Below are positions 46,556 to 56,500 of a stretch of 64,000 nucleotides of DNA, piece by piece. Made by a program: the position numbers and the translations under genes. The DNA comes from Coriobacteriia bacterium (GTDB lineage: Bacteria > Actinomycetota > Coriobacteriia > Anaerosomatales > PHET01). Under the pieces are notes generated by a model. That model had not been told where the DNA came from. It made no database searches and saw only the letters and a list, made by a program, of their open reading frames with translations. Each line of letters begins with the position of its first letter. Within the stretch, counting starts at the first letter, position 1. The stretch is from the NCBI GenBank assembly GCA_034370385.1, contig JAXMKZ010000044.1, positions 44,562 through 108,561 of the forward strand. Reading direction: 5' to 3'.

Positions 46556-47416
46556 GTGGATGCGCTGATCGAGTCTCTCCAGACGATCAAGGACATATTC
46601 TTCGACGTCGGCCACATGGTCGAAGCGTTCCCGATCATCCTCGCGGCCTTCCCGGTCTCGGTGTTCATCGGCGTCGGCTCGTTCTTCCTCGGCATACCTG
46701 GAGGGCTTCTGCTCGCCTTCATGAAGATGTCGAGGCGTCGCCCGATCAGGTGGATGGCGACGTTCTACATCGATGTCGTTCGCGGCACTCCGCTCTTCTT
46801 GCAGATACTGATCGTCTACTTCGGCCTGACGCTCCTGCCGTTCTACCAGACGTTGATCAAGGAGGTTCCGGCGGTCAAGGAGCCGCTGCTGTTTGGGATG
46901 GACGCCACCATCTACCTGCGGGCGTTCTTCGTTCTATCGCTCAACTCCGCCGCGTATATGGCCGAGATTTTCCGCGCCGGCATCCAGTCGATTCCGAAGG
47001 GACAGACCGAGGCCGCGCGCTCGCTCGGGATGAGTACACCCCAGGCGATGACGTTCGTCATCATCCCCCAGACCATTCGCCGCATCCTTCCCACGCTCAT
47101 GAGTGAGTTCATCCTGCTGTTCAAAGACACCTCCATGCTCGCCGCCGTCGGCGTGGCCGAGATGACCATGCGTTCCAGACAGTACGTTGCGAGCACGTTC
47201 AACCAGTCCGCGTACATGGTCGCTGCGGGCTTCTACCTGTTGCTTACGATTCCGCTCGGTCGGCTTGTGGGCCGCCTGGAAGACAGGTTGGCGGAGTCCG
47301 AAGGCGGGGGAGGCGGCAAGCGACCGCCGACTATCGACGCCCCCGCGATAGACGCCGAGCATGTCGTCGCACACAGTGACTTGATCCCCCTCAATCAACG
47401 ACAGACCGGCAGGTGA
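46556..47416 (+). CDS. Amino-acid ABC transporter permease (His/Glu/Gln/Arg/opine family)
   Basis: 286 aa. [20 protein letters not shown] and the EAA loop [22 protein letters not shown]. Confidence 0.9.
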   Translation: MDALIESLQTIKDIFFDVGHMVEAFPIILAAFPVSVFIGVGSFFLGIPGGLLLAFMKMSRRRPIRWMATFYIDVVRGTPLFLQILIVYFGLTLLPFYQTLIKEVPAVKEPLLFGMDATIYLRAFFVLSLNSAAYMAEIFRAGIQSIPKGQTEAARSLGMSTPQAMTFVIIPQTIRRILPTLMSEFILLFKDTSMLAAVGVAEMTMRSRQYVASTFNQSAYMVAAGFYLLLTIPLGRLVGRLEDRLAESEGGGGGKRPPTIDAPAIDAEHVVAHSDLIPLNQRQTGR

Positions 47417-48189
47417 TGGCGATGACCGAGACACACGTTCCCGCTCGTAAGGGCGGCGATCAGGCCATCGTACGAATCAAGAACCTGCACAAAGCCTTCG
47501 GCGAGCTCGAGGTGCTGAAGGGCGTCGACCTTGAGGTGACCAAGGGCGAGGTGGTCGTCATCCTCGGTCCGTCGGGTTCGGGCAAGTCGACGCTGCTGCG
47601 TTGTGTGAACCGCCTTGAAGAATCAACCGGTGGCGAGATCTGGTTCGAGGACATCGAGGTGACCGCCAAGAAGACCAACATCAATGCGGTGCGCGAACGC
47701 ATCGGCATGGTGTTCCAGTCCTTCAACCTGTTTCCGCACCTGACGGCCAAGGGCAACGTCATGCTGGCGCAGCAGAAGGTCCTCAAGCGCTCTAAGGCCG
47801 AGGCGGCAGCCAAGGCCGAGGAGCAGCTCAGGCTGGTAGGACTCGGCGACAAGATCGACTCCTACCCCTCGCAGCTTTCGGGTGGCCAGCAGCAGCGCGT
47901 AGCCATCGCGCGAGCCTTGGCGATGGACCCCCATGTGATGCTCTTCGACGAGGCCACGTCGGCGCTTGACCCCGAGCTCGTACGCGGAGTCCTCGATGTC
48001 ATGAAGCTGCTTGCCAAGGCGGGGATGACGATGATGGTCGTCACGCACGAGATGGGCTTCGCCCGGGATGTCGCCGACAGGGTCGTCTTCATGGATGAAG
48101 GCGTGATCGTCGAGCAGGGTTCTCCGACCGAGGTATTCGATCACCCGACCTCGGACCGCACGAAGGACTTCTTGGGCCACATCACCTGA
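47413..48189 (+). CDS. Amino-acid ABC transporter ATP-binding protein
   Basis: 258 aa. Walker [10 protein letters not shown], signature [15 protein letters not shown], Walker [17 protein letters not shown] overlap with the permease gene. Confidence 0.95.
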   Translation: MMAMTETHVPARKGGDQAIVRIKNLHKAFGELEVLKGVDLEVTKGEVVVILGPSGSGKSTLLRCVNRLEESTGGEIWFEDIEVTAKKTNINAVRERIGMVFQSFNLFPHLTAKGNVMLAQQKVLKRSKAEAAAKAEEQLRLVGLGDKIDSYPSQLSGGQQQRVAIARALAMDPHVMLFDEATSALDPELVRGVLDVMKLLAKAGMTMMVVTHEMGFARDVADRVVFMDEGVIVEQGSPTEVFDHPTSDRTKDFLGHIT

Positions 48190-48288
48190 TTCTCCGGCGC
48201 GAGTGAAACCGCGACGCGAATCTGCATCGGCAGACGCCCTCAGAGGGGTATCTTCTCACTAGAGAGGTCCTATCCCGACGAGGAGGCA

Positions 48289-48855
48289 TTGGCGATGCAG
48301 ATCAATATCACCGGACGGCACATGCCAGTGACGGATTCGATCCGCGCTTATGCGGAGGAGAAGATCAGCAAGGCCGCGATGATTCATGACCGTGACGAGA
48401 TGACTGTCGACGTGGTGCTTCATGTCGAGAAGAACCCGGCGAACAAGAACCGGGATGTGGCAGAGGTCACGGCCCGCATGAAGGGCGTCGTCGTCAGGGC
48501 CGAGGAAGCCGCACCTGACATGTACGCCGCCATCGATCTTGTCAGCGAGAAGCTCGAGCGTCAGATGCGTAAGTTCAAGGCGAAGCTCCTTGACCGTCGG
48601 AGCGGCAAGACGTCCGTCAAGACGGCACCTGGCGTCGAGGAGATAGGCGGTCCGCCGCTCGAGCCAGAGCCGGAGGGTCAAGTTGTGCGCAAGAAGCTTG
48701 TCGATACCAAGCCGATGAGCGAGGAAGAGGCGATACTCCAGCTGGAGCTCTTGGGTCACGACTTCTTCGTGTTCAACCACGCAGAGGAAGGCACCCTGAA
48801 CGTCATGTATCGCCGGCAGAATGGCGACTACGGCCTGATTCAGCCGCGGGCGTAG
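48289..48855 (+). CDS. hpf: Ribosome hibernation promoting factor, long form
   Basis: 188 aa. N-terminal MQINITGRHMPVTDSIRAYAEEKISK (S30AE/RaiA fold). C-terminal dimerisation domain ...MSEEEAILQLELLGHDFFVFNHAEEGTLNVMYRRQNGDYGLIQP. Confidence 0.93.
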   Translation: MAMQINITGRHMPVTDSIRAYAEEKISKAAMIHDRDEMTVDVVLHVEKNPANKNRDVAEVTARMKGVVVRAEEAAPDMYAAIDLVSEKLERQMRKFKAKLLDRRSGKTSVKTAPGVEEIGGPPLEPEPEGQVVRKKLVDTKPMSEEEAILQLELLGHDFFVFNHAEEGTLNVMYRRQNGDYGLIQPRA

Positions 48856-48881
48856 ACCCAGAATCATCGCACGACGATCGC

Positions 48882-48907
48882 GCGGGGCGCCCCTTGGGGT
48901 GCCCCGC
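48882..48907 (+). terminator. GC-rich hairpin after hpf (terminator-like, no U-tract)
   Basis: GCGGGGCGCC(CC) / (GG)GGTGCCCCGC, starting 27 nt after the stop. Confidence 0.45.
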
Positions 48908-48944
48908 TGCGTGAGCCGAACACAGAACACGATTCATACCCTGG

Positions 48945-48974
48945 TTGACATGTGACGAATCGCACACTTACGCT
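48945..48974 (+). promoter_or_regulatory. Sigma-70-type promoter candidate upstream of the 49052 gene
   Basis: TTGACA (48945-50), an 18-nt spacer, then TACGCT (48969-74, fits TANNNT). It lies in a lower-GC intergenic stretch. Confidence 0.3.
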
Positions 48975-49051
48975 ACGCGTAGTTTCGTGGAGGTCGCGAG
49001 GCTCAGGTCTGGGGCAACATAGCATTCACCGCAGCAGAGGGGCCTGTCCGC

Positions 49052-49723
49052 ATGGAGCAGAGCGTAGGACGCATCCGCGCACAAGACATCGAGTTCGCGC
49101 TATCACAGATAGGTGAGATCAAGGCCGCGCGTGTAGTGGTGGCCCCTGAGGGCAACATCACCGAGATTCACGTGGTCGCGCTCCCTTCCAAGTCCCCTAA
49201 GCAGCTGGTCCGTGACATCGAGTCCGCACTCATGGCGCGCTTCGGGTTGCCTGTCGACCACCGCAAGATCTCAATCGCCCAGCTCGGCAGCGAATTCCTG
49301 CCGCCCGAAGAGGTCAATCCAGAGCGCCCAAGCGCCGTTCGTCCTCGCATCGTGAGCATCAACGCATCGGTGTCCGGCGTTCAGGCATCAGCCGCTGTCA
49401 CTCTCGAGATCGGCGGCGAGGAGTACACGGGTCGCGCTTCAGGCGCCGCAAGCACGACCGGTCGCATCAGACACGTCGCACTGGCGGCGCTCGATGCCGT
49501 GGCGATGTATGCGCCGGATGGGACCACCTTCGCGCTTGAAGACGTCTCTGTGTTGCAGCTCGGTCGCGAGCGAGTCGCCGTCGCCTGCGTGACGCTGGTG
49601 ACGCCGAACGGTGAGCAGTCGTACTCAGGCTCGGCGCTTGTGCGGCAGAACGACAAGGACTCGATAGTCCGGGCAACCCTCGATGCGATCAATCGTCGCA
49701 TCGGTTTACTGACAACCGAATAG
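49052..49723 (+). CDS. Hypothetical two-domain cytoplasmic protein
   Basis: 223 aa with coding-like composition. N-terminal ~80 aa, a Pro/Glu linker, and a C-terminal ~125 aa. The C-terminal strand/helix pattern (AAVTLEIGGEEYTGRASG...ALAALDAV...ALVRQNDKDSIVRATLDAINRRI) loosely recalls LeuA-type regulatory domains. No confident family. Confidence 0.5.
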   Translation: MEQSVGRIRAQDIEFALSQIGEIKAARVVVAPEGNITEIHVVALPSKSPKQLVRDIESALMARFGLPVDHRKISIAQLGSEFLPPEEVNPERPSAVRPRIVSINASVSGVQASAAVTLEIGGEEYTGRASGAASTTGRIRHVALAALDAVAMYAPDGTTFALEDVSVLQLGRERVAVACVTLVTPNGEQSYSGSALVRQNDKDSIVRATLDAINRRIGLLTTE

Positions 49724-49862
49724 CCTTCCTCTTGGACCGGCGCCATGCTTCGTGAAACAAACACTGTACGCACTACCACGAGCGGAGCGGACAGCGTTCT
49801 TCCATCACTAGCGGGATGGGAGAAGACCAGAACCTTGAATCCACAAAGGGGGTCTTCTCACC

Positions 49863-49940
49863 ATGCAGCGAATTCTTGTACTTCTCGCGTCGCTGGCAGC
49901 CGTCGTGCTGGCCAATGGCGCCTACTTCAAGATTCGGTAG
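49863..49940 (+). CDS. Candidate 25-codon hydrophobic micro-ORF (MQRILVLLASLAAVVLANGAYFKIR)
   Basis: My own translation; the ORF is below the track's size cut-off. AAGGGGG lies 10 nt upstream. A single TM-like segment. It ends 40 nt before the HD-GYP gene. Could be fortuitous. Confidence 0.25.
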   Translation: MQRILVLLASLAAVVLANGAYFKIR

Positions 49941-49979
49941 ATGTGATCGTCGCCGGTCCGTCCGACTTGGAGGGGCGAG

Positions 49980-51323
49980 GTGTGCCGCATGAGTGATGAG
50001 ACTCGAGCCCCTCGCCCCTTCCGAGTCTTCGTTGTCGTTCTTGCAGGAGCCGGGCTTCTGCTGACCGTTCTGTTTTCGGATGCTGCGCGCGGCTTCGATG
50101 CATGGGGTCTGTTGGTTCTCCTTGTCCTCGGGGTGTTTGTCTCGGAGAACTACACCGCAGAGATTGCCGACATCAATGTTGGGCTGTCGTATCCCTTGAG
50201 CCTTGCAGCGGTCGTCCTGCTTGGCCCGGTGCCGGGCGCCGCTGTCGCCGCGGTCTCTGGCGTGAGCGTTTCCGACATACGCCGCGGTCAGACGCTGGAA
50301 GTCATCATCTTCAACGTGAGCCAGTTGGTGGTTGCGACACTGCTGGGCTCGTTCGTCTACTTCTCCCTAGGGGGGCAGCCGCTTGCGTCCGGCGGTGAGC
50401 TTATCCCGTGGGACGCGCGGTCTTTCGCGGACAGCCTGGTTCCTTTGCTCGGTCTTGCGACGGTTTCCGCCGGAGCGAACATGGTTCTGGTATCGGTCGG
50501 GCTGAGTCTGAAGGGCCAAGGTACCGTGGGCTCCACGCTGCGTTCGATGGGGTGGGCTCTCCCCACACAGATTCCGCTTGCCTTCGTTGGCTTCCTGATG
50601 GCTCAGGTGCTTGCGATATCCGTCGTGGCCCTGCCGCTCTTCGTAATTCCGCTCTTCTTGGCGCGCCAGGTCTACCAGCGCTACTCGTACATGCAGGAGG
50701 TCTATCTCGACACAGTGAAATCCCTTGTCTTCGCTCTGGAGGCGAAGGACCCGTATACGCGTGGGCATTCCGAGCGTGTCGCCGGATACTCAAAGTCGCT
50801 TGGCGAGGCAATGGGAATGGAGCCATCCTCGTTGGACCGACTGTTCCGATCGGCCCTGCTTCACGACATCGGCAAGCTGTCAGTTGCATCGAGCGTGCTA
50901 TCCAAGCAGGGCCCGCTGTCGGCGGAGGAAGCGGAACTGATTAGACTGCACCCAGAGCGTGGCGCGCACATGGTGGAGGTGATTCCGACGCTGAACAAGC
51001 TTGCGGAGAATGTCCTCATGCACCACGAGCGCCTGGACGGCAGCGGATACCCTCGCGGGCTTGTCGATGTGGCCATCCCGCTCGCTCCGAGGATTCTTGC
51101 GGTCGCAGATGCATATGACGCCATGACCACGCATCGACCGTATCGTCGGGCGCTGTCACGGGAAGAGGCGACCGCCGAACTCGTGGGCGGTGCCGGCAGT
51201 CAGTTTGACCAAGATGTGGTGCGCGCATTCATCGAGCACAGGGTGGGTGTGCCGGAGCCTCAACACGCGGTGGTCGGCGGCTCGCAATTGCCGGTTGAGG
51301 TCGAGGCGGTGATGGGGTCGTGA
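49980..51323 (+). CDS. Membrane-anchored HD-GYP domain phosphodiesterase
   Basis: 447 aa, about 7 N-terminal TM segments. RGHSERVAGYS...LLHDIGKL...HHERLDGSGYPRG...VADAYDAMTTHRPYR. Start is GTG 49980 or ATG 49989. Confidence 0.9.
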   Translation: MCRMSDETRAPRPFRVFVVVLAGAGLLLTVLFSDAARGFDAWGLLVLLVLGVFVSENYTAEIADINVGLSYPLSLAAVVLLGPVPGAAVAAVSGVSVSDIRRGQTLEVIIFNVSQLVVATLLGSFVYFSLGGQPLASGGELIPWDARSFADSLVPLLGLATVSAGANMVLVSVGLSLKGQGTVGSTLRSMGWALPTQIPLAFVGFLMAQVLAISVVALPLFVIPLFLARQVYQRYSYMQEVYLDTVKSLVFALEAKDPYTRGHSERVAGYSKSLGEAMGMEPSSLDRLFRSALLHDIGKLSVASSVLSKQGPLSAEEAELIRLHPERGAHMVEVIPTLNKLAENVLMHHERLDGSGYPRGLVDVAIPLAPRILAVADAYDAMTTHRPYRRALSREEATAELVGGAGSQFDQDVVRAFIEHRVGVPEPQHAVVGGSQLPVEVEAVMGS

Positions 51324-52432
51324 ACTTGACGAGTCTCTTGTCTACCGAGGTCCTTGCCGCGCTGCAGCAGTTGCCGACCCTTGAAGCGTTGTGGTTCGCG
51401 GTGGCAATTGCACTGCTCGGATACTTCGACATCTCCCTGCCTAGGGGCGACTCGGTTGGAGTAACCGGGGCGCTGGAGGCGGCGGCACTGCTTGCGCTGG
51501 GTTTCTGGGCTGCGGTTCCGGTGATCCTAGGTGCAGCACTAGTTGCCATGATTGCCCGGCACCTTGCTGGTCGCGGCGTACGTGTGCTGTCGGGGCTTGC
51601 ATCGCGGGTAGCGGGGCTGGTCGCCGTCGCGGTACTGCTGCGTGCAGTCGAGGGGGCATCACTTGGGGGATGGGCCAAGACACTCGGCGTCATAGCCGTT
51701 TACGTCGTGGCGGAGATGCTCGCACGTCAGACCGCTGAGGCGCTGCGGAGTCGCCGTTCACTTCGACGACAGGTGCTGGGCGGCTTATCTCTGCAGGCGC
51801 CCCTTGTGCTCGCTCAGTTCTCGACCGCCGCGCTCGTTGCCGTGGTCTATCCGCACATGCAGTCGTGGAGTCTGGTCACAGCCGTCGCCCTGCTCCTTCT
51901 CATTCGTCAGTCGTATCGGCTGCTTCTGGGCGAGAAGGAGACATACCGGATGACGGTGGAGGTGCTCGTTGAGGCGGCCGAGGCCGCTGACGTGAATCGG
52001 CACGGTCACGCCGAGAGAACCGCCTCGATAGCGCGGGCAATAGCGATCAGGTGCTCGTTCCCAAGCAAGGAGATCGAGCGCGTGAGCTACGCTGCGCTTC
52101 TCCATGACATAGCAAGAATTCGAGAGCAGGGGGCCGCCGACTATACGCCGACGACTTCATCGCAACTCCTGGAGGGCGTTGACTTCTTCGAGGATGTCGT
52201 TCGCGTGATGCGCGTGTTCGACGGGCACGTGCCGGAGGAGGCGTCCGCTTCCGCGGCTGACGTACGGGCGGCTTTCGTGGTCGGCCTCGCCAGCGACATC
52301 GATGACGCTGCTCACGGAGCGTACGGCGCGGGGAGTGTGTCGTCGCTCGCAGACATCGTCCCGTGGTCCGTCAAGGCGTCCGCAGTGGGCGCCGCTCTTT
52401 CGTTGGGCTACCAAGTACCCGCGGTTCGATGA
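51320..52432 (+). CDS. Membrane protein with degenerate HD domain (no GYP motif)
   Basis: 370 aa with a polytopic N-terminus. HGHAERTASIARAI...ALLHDIARI is present, but the HHExxDGxGYP block is absent. GTGA overlap with the HD-GYP gene. Confidence 0.75.
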   Translation: MNLTSLLSTEVLAALQQLPTLEALWFAVAIALLGYFDISLPRGDSVGVTGALEAAALLALGFWAAVPVILGAALVAMIARHLAGRGVRVLSGLASRVAGLVAVAVLLRAVEGASLGGWAKTLGVIAVYVVAEMLARQTAEALRSRRSLRRQVLGGLSLQAPLVLAQFSTAALVAVVYPHMQSWSLVTAVALLLLIRQSYRLLLGEKETYRMTVEVLVEAAEAADVNRHGHAERTASIARAIAIRCSFPSKEIERVSYAALLHDIARIREQGAADYTPTTSSQLLEGVDFFEDVVRVMRVFDGHVPEEASASAADVRAAFVVGLASDIDDAAHGAYGAGSVSSLADIVPWSVKASAVGAALSLGYQVPAVR

Positions 52433-52974
52433 TTGCCGCTGGCGCGATCGCGTGGGCGCTGCTGATCGCATGGGCGGCTGGCGGCAAGTTCGCGAATCTC
52501 GCCCAGGTCAGGCTCAGTCACGAGCTTCTAATCGCACTACTCTTCGTCGGTCAGAGCATCTTTCGCGGGCGACTGCCCTTCTGGGATGGCGCAGCCCATG
52601 ATTGGGCCGTCTTCTTCTGGGGCCTGGCCTCCCTCGCGCTGCTTGCGACGTTGATTCCGGATGCGAAGTTGCCTGGAATAGGGGTCGCGATACTGGGCAT
52701 TGCCGCCAACCTTACCGTCGTATTGGCAAACGAGGGCATGCCCTATGTAGCTGCTGGCGGCGCCGTTCTTGATTCAGGTGCCTTCTTCTATCGGACCGGC
52801 ACTATTGGGACCAGCCTGCTGTTCTTGGGCGATGTGCTGCCAGTCCCGAGCGGTGCGTACCTGCTCAGCTTGGGCGATATCCTCCTCGGGATAGGTGTAA
52901 TGGTGTTCATAGTCGCAGGCAGCGTGGCCGGCATGAATGGATCCACAACGGGCACAGGCCGCGCTGGACGTTGA
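52429..52974 (+). CDS. Small polytopic membrane protein (DUF5317-like by recollection)
   Basis: Frame of ORF 52363-52974. ATG 52429 overlaps the upstream TGA (ATGA). About 5 TM segments. C-terminal ...LFLGDVLPVPSGAYLLSLGDILLGIG.... Confidence 0.6.
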   Translation: MIAAGAIAWALLIAWAAGGKFANLAQVRLSHELLIALLFVGQSIFRGRLPFWDGAAHDWAVFFWGLASLALLATLIPDAKLPGIGVAILGIAANLTVVLANEGMPYVAAGGAVLDSGAFFYRTGTIGTSLLFLGDVLPVPSGAYLLSLGDILLGIGVMVFIVAGSVAGMNGSTTGTGRAGR

Positions 52975-53079
52975 GCCTATTCGCTGACCAAGAGAACTGG
53001 GGCAGTATAGTCGGCGGGTGGTCCTTCTTTGCGCAACATTCGGAACGGGTGGGACCCTCGCTTCGGCCGCGCACGCGGG

Positions 53080-53215
53080 ATACTGGGGCACCTTGCCGCG
53101 ATGGACTTTAGGCGGCGCAGCGGCGCCGTCGAGACGTTCCTCCAGCGCAAAGAGGGATTCTCGGAAGATTCCGGGTTCGATCCGTCGTCGCGGACCACGG
53201 CACCATGCCAGCGTT
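53080..53215 (+). pseudogene. Remnant of a BTAD-domain regulator 3' end (paralogous to 56575-56707)
   Basis: ORF 53029-53295 reads ...RSGAVETFLQRKEGFSEDSGFDPSSRTT.... The tail of the 53583 protein reads ...RSGAIETFLQCRGRLSEDLGLDPSSQTM.... There is no upstream domain and no plausible start. Confidence 0.7.
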
Positions 53216-53290
53216 CTCTTGGCATCGGGACGGCCCGCGCCAAGGCAGTTACCGTCCATCTCGATCGAGGCAGCGAGGTCGCACGGATCC

Positions 53291-53323
53291 GGTAAGAAAG
53301 TGGTAAGACCCGCCTGATACGGT
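53291..53323 (+). promoter_or_regulatory. Two GGTAAG boxes phased at 11 nt plus a TACGGT -10-like hexamer (SARP-type activator-dependent promoter candidate)
   Basis: GGTAAG at 53291 and 53302. TACGGT at 53318-53323 lies 9 nt after the heptamer GGTAAGA. Confidence 0.3.
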
Positions 53324-53506
53324 TCACGCGGATCGGAAGACCCCCGATTCAGCGCAGGGCTCGGCGGGTTTCCCGGATAAGGGATCTCACGGGCGGGACG
53401 CGGTCCATTGCAGGTGTGGAGCGGGAGAGTTCCAGAGGGGCACCGCCAGGGCCGTCAAGTAGCCGTTCGAACTCAAGGAGTCTTGCGAGGGTTCCCCCGG
53501 GCGGGG
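53291..53506 (+). repeat. Conserved non-coding block, copy A (upstream of the NTPase-BTAD regulator gene)
   Basis: By my hand alignment it has 10 substitutions and 1 indel against 56786-57002 (~95% identity), including a 63-nt stretch with no change. Confidence 0.9.
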
Positions 53507-53582
53507 CTCGTGGCAGGCCAGCACTGGCACCGCTCGGGGGCACTCCGATACTCTTGTGTCAGAGGGCTGAAGGCCTGGCAGG

Positions 53583-56500
53583 TTGGGTGCCGCCATGTGC
53601 AAGCGGCGCCCCTTCAGGCTGAGCGGAGGTCTCGACGTGCCAGGACATGCTGCGTGCACACTGCCGCCCGACTACTCCTCGTTGGCGCGCAGGGTGAGAT
53701 TGGACCGAGTGATCGACTCGGCCGGCGGACGCCCGTGTGTGATTGCCGCGCCGCCGGGATGGGGAAAGACCGTGGTCGCGTCCCACTATGCTGCGCGGTT
53801 CAACGGATGGACGTGCTGGCTCGACGCTGCGGGGAATTCAGTATCAGAGCAGCTGGTGCTGGGAGCTGTCGAGGGGGCGCGAGAGCGGGCGTGCTTGGAT
53901 CCCAAGAAGGCGGGGTCTGGCATCGTCGTGCTCGACGATCTGTATCTTGGCGAGCATGGCCTTCACGGGCTGATGGAGCTCCAACCGCGCCTAGCGAGCT
54001 TGGGTGCTCGCTTGGTGGTCACCACTCGCTGCCCGTTCCCTTCCGACGCCTCGCCGGGCAGCCGGCTCCCACAGTGCGTAGGGGTGGCCGAGCTGAGGTT
54101 CTCGGGCAAGGAGGCTACGTCGCTGATGGCCTCGTTCGGAATCGAGACGAGTGCGGGCCCCCGCTTGGCGGCGCTTGCAGCGGGCCACCCTGAGGTGATC
54201 AAGCGCCTTGCCGTCCACGATACGACCGAGTTCGGTGACGCTGGGCATGGGCTCACTGACTGGCTCATACGCCATGTGTTGGGGAGCTCGTGGGATGCTC
54301 GGCTGCGGCTCTACAACCGGGTGTTGATGGGATCAGTCGTCCCCGATTGCCGGGCGCCGGTGCGCCGTAGTCCCGAGACCGCGTTTCCTGAGCTCGAGGG
54401 GCTGCATCAGTCGGAGGATTATTCGACGACGGTCACGGCCGCCGTTGTCGAGGCGTTCCGTTCGGAGGGAAGGGACGAGACGGAGTGCGTCCTCAGTGCC
54501 GTCGTGCCGGCCCTCGTCGAGGCGGGCGACCACGAAGGAGCGCTGCGGGCGATCGGGGTGTGCGGGGTACCTGAGCTGACGGCGGCATTGCTGATTCGCG
54601 ACGCGGTTGCGTTCGAGTCGGACGCGAAGGTCAGGGAGCTACTGCAGATCATGGACGACCTTCCCGTGCACGTGATGATGGAGCACGCCTGCCTGGTCGG
54701 CATGTGGGCCCTGGCGCTCTATCGGTCCGGCTTGCTGGAGGATGCGGTGGCCAAAGCCAGGGCATGCCTCAGGCTGTGTGCCGTGGATGGCGACTCCGAT
54801 GTCGCGTCACGGGCGCGGGTGACGCTGATAGATGCGTTGTCGGGTCTTCAGCGCTTTGAAGAGGCCGCAACCGTGATTCGGCAAGATGGTGACGACAGGC
54901 GGACCAGGTCGCTAGCCGAGTCCGTGGCTGCGGCTTGCGTGGAGGCCTACTTCGGTCGTGCCCAGGAAGCGTACGCCGCCGTGGACGCCCTCTCTTCGAC
55001 GGCGTTCGCGCTGGATGTTTCCGACTACGAGCGCCTTCGCTGGGAGCACGCCCGGGCGAGCATCCTGTCGTTGTGCACCGGCGGCTACGACGTGCTGGCA
55101 GCTGATCTAGCAGTCATGATCCCGCGAACGCGTGTCTGGATGCGGGAGTTCGCGCTGATACGTGGGAACCTAGGGCTCGCACTCATGGAGACAGGGCGGT
55201 TAGCACGTGCCGGGGCACTACTCTCCGCTGCGGTCTCATCTGGTATTGAAGATGCGTTCGCTCGGTACTCGGCACTTATGCTCTGCGTCCTCGCTGGAAA
55301 GGGCGATGTCGATCAGGCGCTCGAACTGGTTGTCCAGTGCATTCACGCGTCATCCGAGATGGGCTCTGAAGCCGACCTGGCCGGCAACAGGGTCTACATC
55401 TCCACCGTGCTGCGCGCGGCTGGCGAGCGGGATGAATCCCTCGCAGCGGCTGAGAGGGCCTACGAGCACCTCTGCGTCGTCGACTACATGGGATACCGTC
55501 GTCTCGCGGCCCTCGAAGTCGCTGCGTCCCTGCTGTCGCTTGGCGATTGCGACGCGGCTCGTCGCTGGGTCGCCACCGTGGAAGCGGAGGGTTTCGGCCG
55601 CAACCGCTACCACGCCCTGCGGGCGGCGATGATCCTCGCCGAATGCGATCGCATCGACGGCGAAGTAGAAGCAGGGGTCGCTCGGCTCGCCGGGCACGCC
55701 GAGCACATCCTGTCTGAGAGCTCCAACTGGCAGATGGCGATGTACTGTCGAGCCTTTCCGGGACTGCTCGGGATGCTTGCCGCAGCCGTGACAGTGAAGC
55801 GTCTTCCTGTCCACATGCTACGAATGGTCCTCCCGGAGTACGCTGAGCGCGGGCTGAGGGCGTGCCGCGCGTGGCTGGACGCCGACGAATGGCGGGCGCT
55901 GGGCATGCGCACGCTTGGCGAGACCGGCTTCGGGATGCTCGAGCGGCGCAACGGCGAGCCAATCTGCCGCGTCCGACTGCTCGGCGGTCTCGATGTCGTC
56001 GTCGGGGATCGGACCGTGGGCGAGCGTGACTGGCCCAAGAGAAAGGCCCGACTGCTGTTTGCCATGCTCGTGGTCAAGCGCGGCCACGACGTTCCGCGCG
56101 AACAGATCTTTGAGCACCTATGGCCCGATCTTGACGAGGAGCGGGCGCGCAACAACCTCTACGTCGTCTGGAGTGCCATGAAGCAAGCGCTCATGGGGCC
56201 AACGACTCGTGCGACGAAGTGCCCCTACCTCGAGAACAAGGGCGGGCGGCTCCGGGTCGTGAGCGACGTGGCGCGCTCCGACATAGACGAGTTCGAGGAG
56301 GCCTTGGGGGCGGCGCGGGTCGCAGAGGCCGCCGGCGACACCGATAGGGCGCTTGGCGGCTACGTGCTGCTGGCAACCGTCTACCGAGGCGACCTGCTGC
56401 CGGGAGACATCTACGACGACTGGTTCGCCCCGCTGCGGGACCACTATCGGCTTCAGTTCGTCGACGCGATGACGCGTGCGGCCGAGCTCCTGCTGGAGCG

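Noticed and set aside
49052-49723. PilZ (c-di-GMP receptor) assignment for the unknown protein, based on NASVSG resembling (D/N)xSxxG
   Set aside because: The nearest Arg cluster (RPSAVRPR) is only 5 residues upstream instead of about 20-30, and it is not RxxxR. The pattern is probably fortuitous.
53165-53190. tRNA T-arm-like GGGTTCGATCC
   Set aside because: It is the decayed copy of codons for ...LGLDPSS of the BTAD regulator tail (compare 56668-56685). No acceptor or anticodon arms are present.
53416-53622. ORFs beginning [15 protein letters not shown]... at 53416 and 56911 (shared N-termini)
   Set aside because: They are shared only because they lie in the duplicated block. The substitutions between copies show no third-position bias, and the two frames diverge completely after the block. 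The second merely runs into secA in-frame upstream of its real start at 57148.
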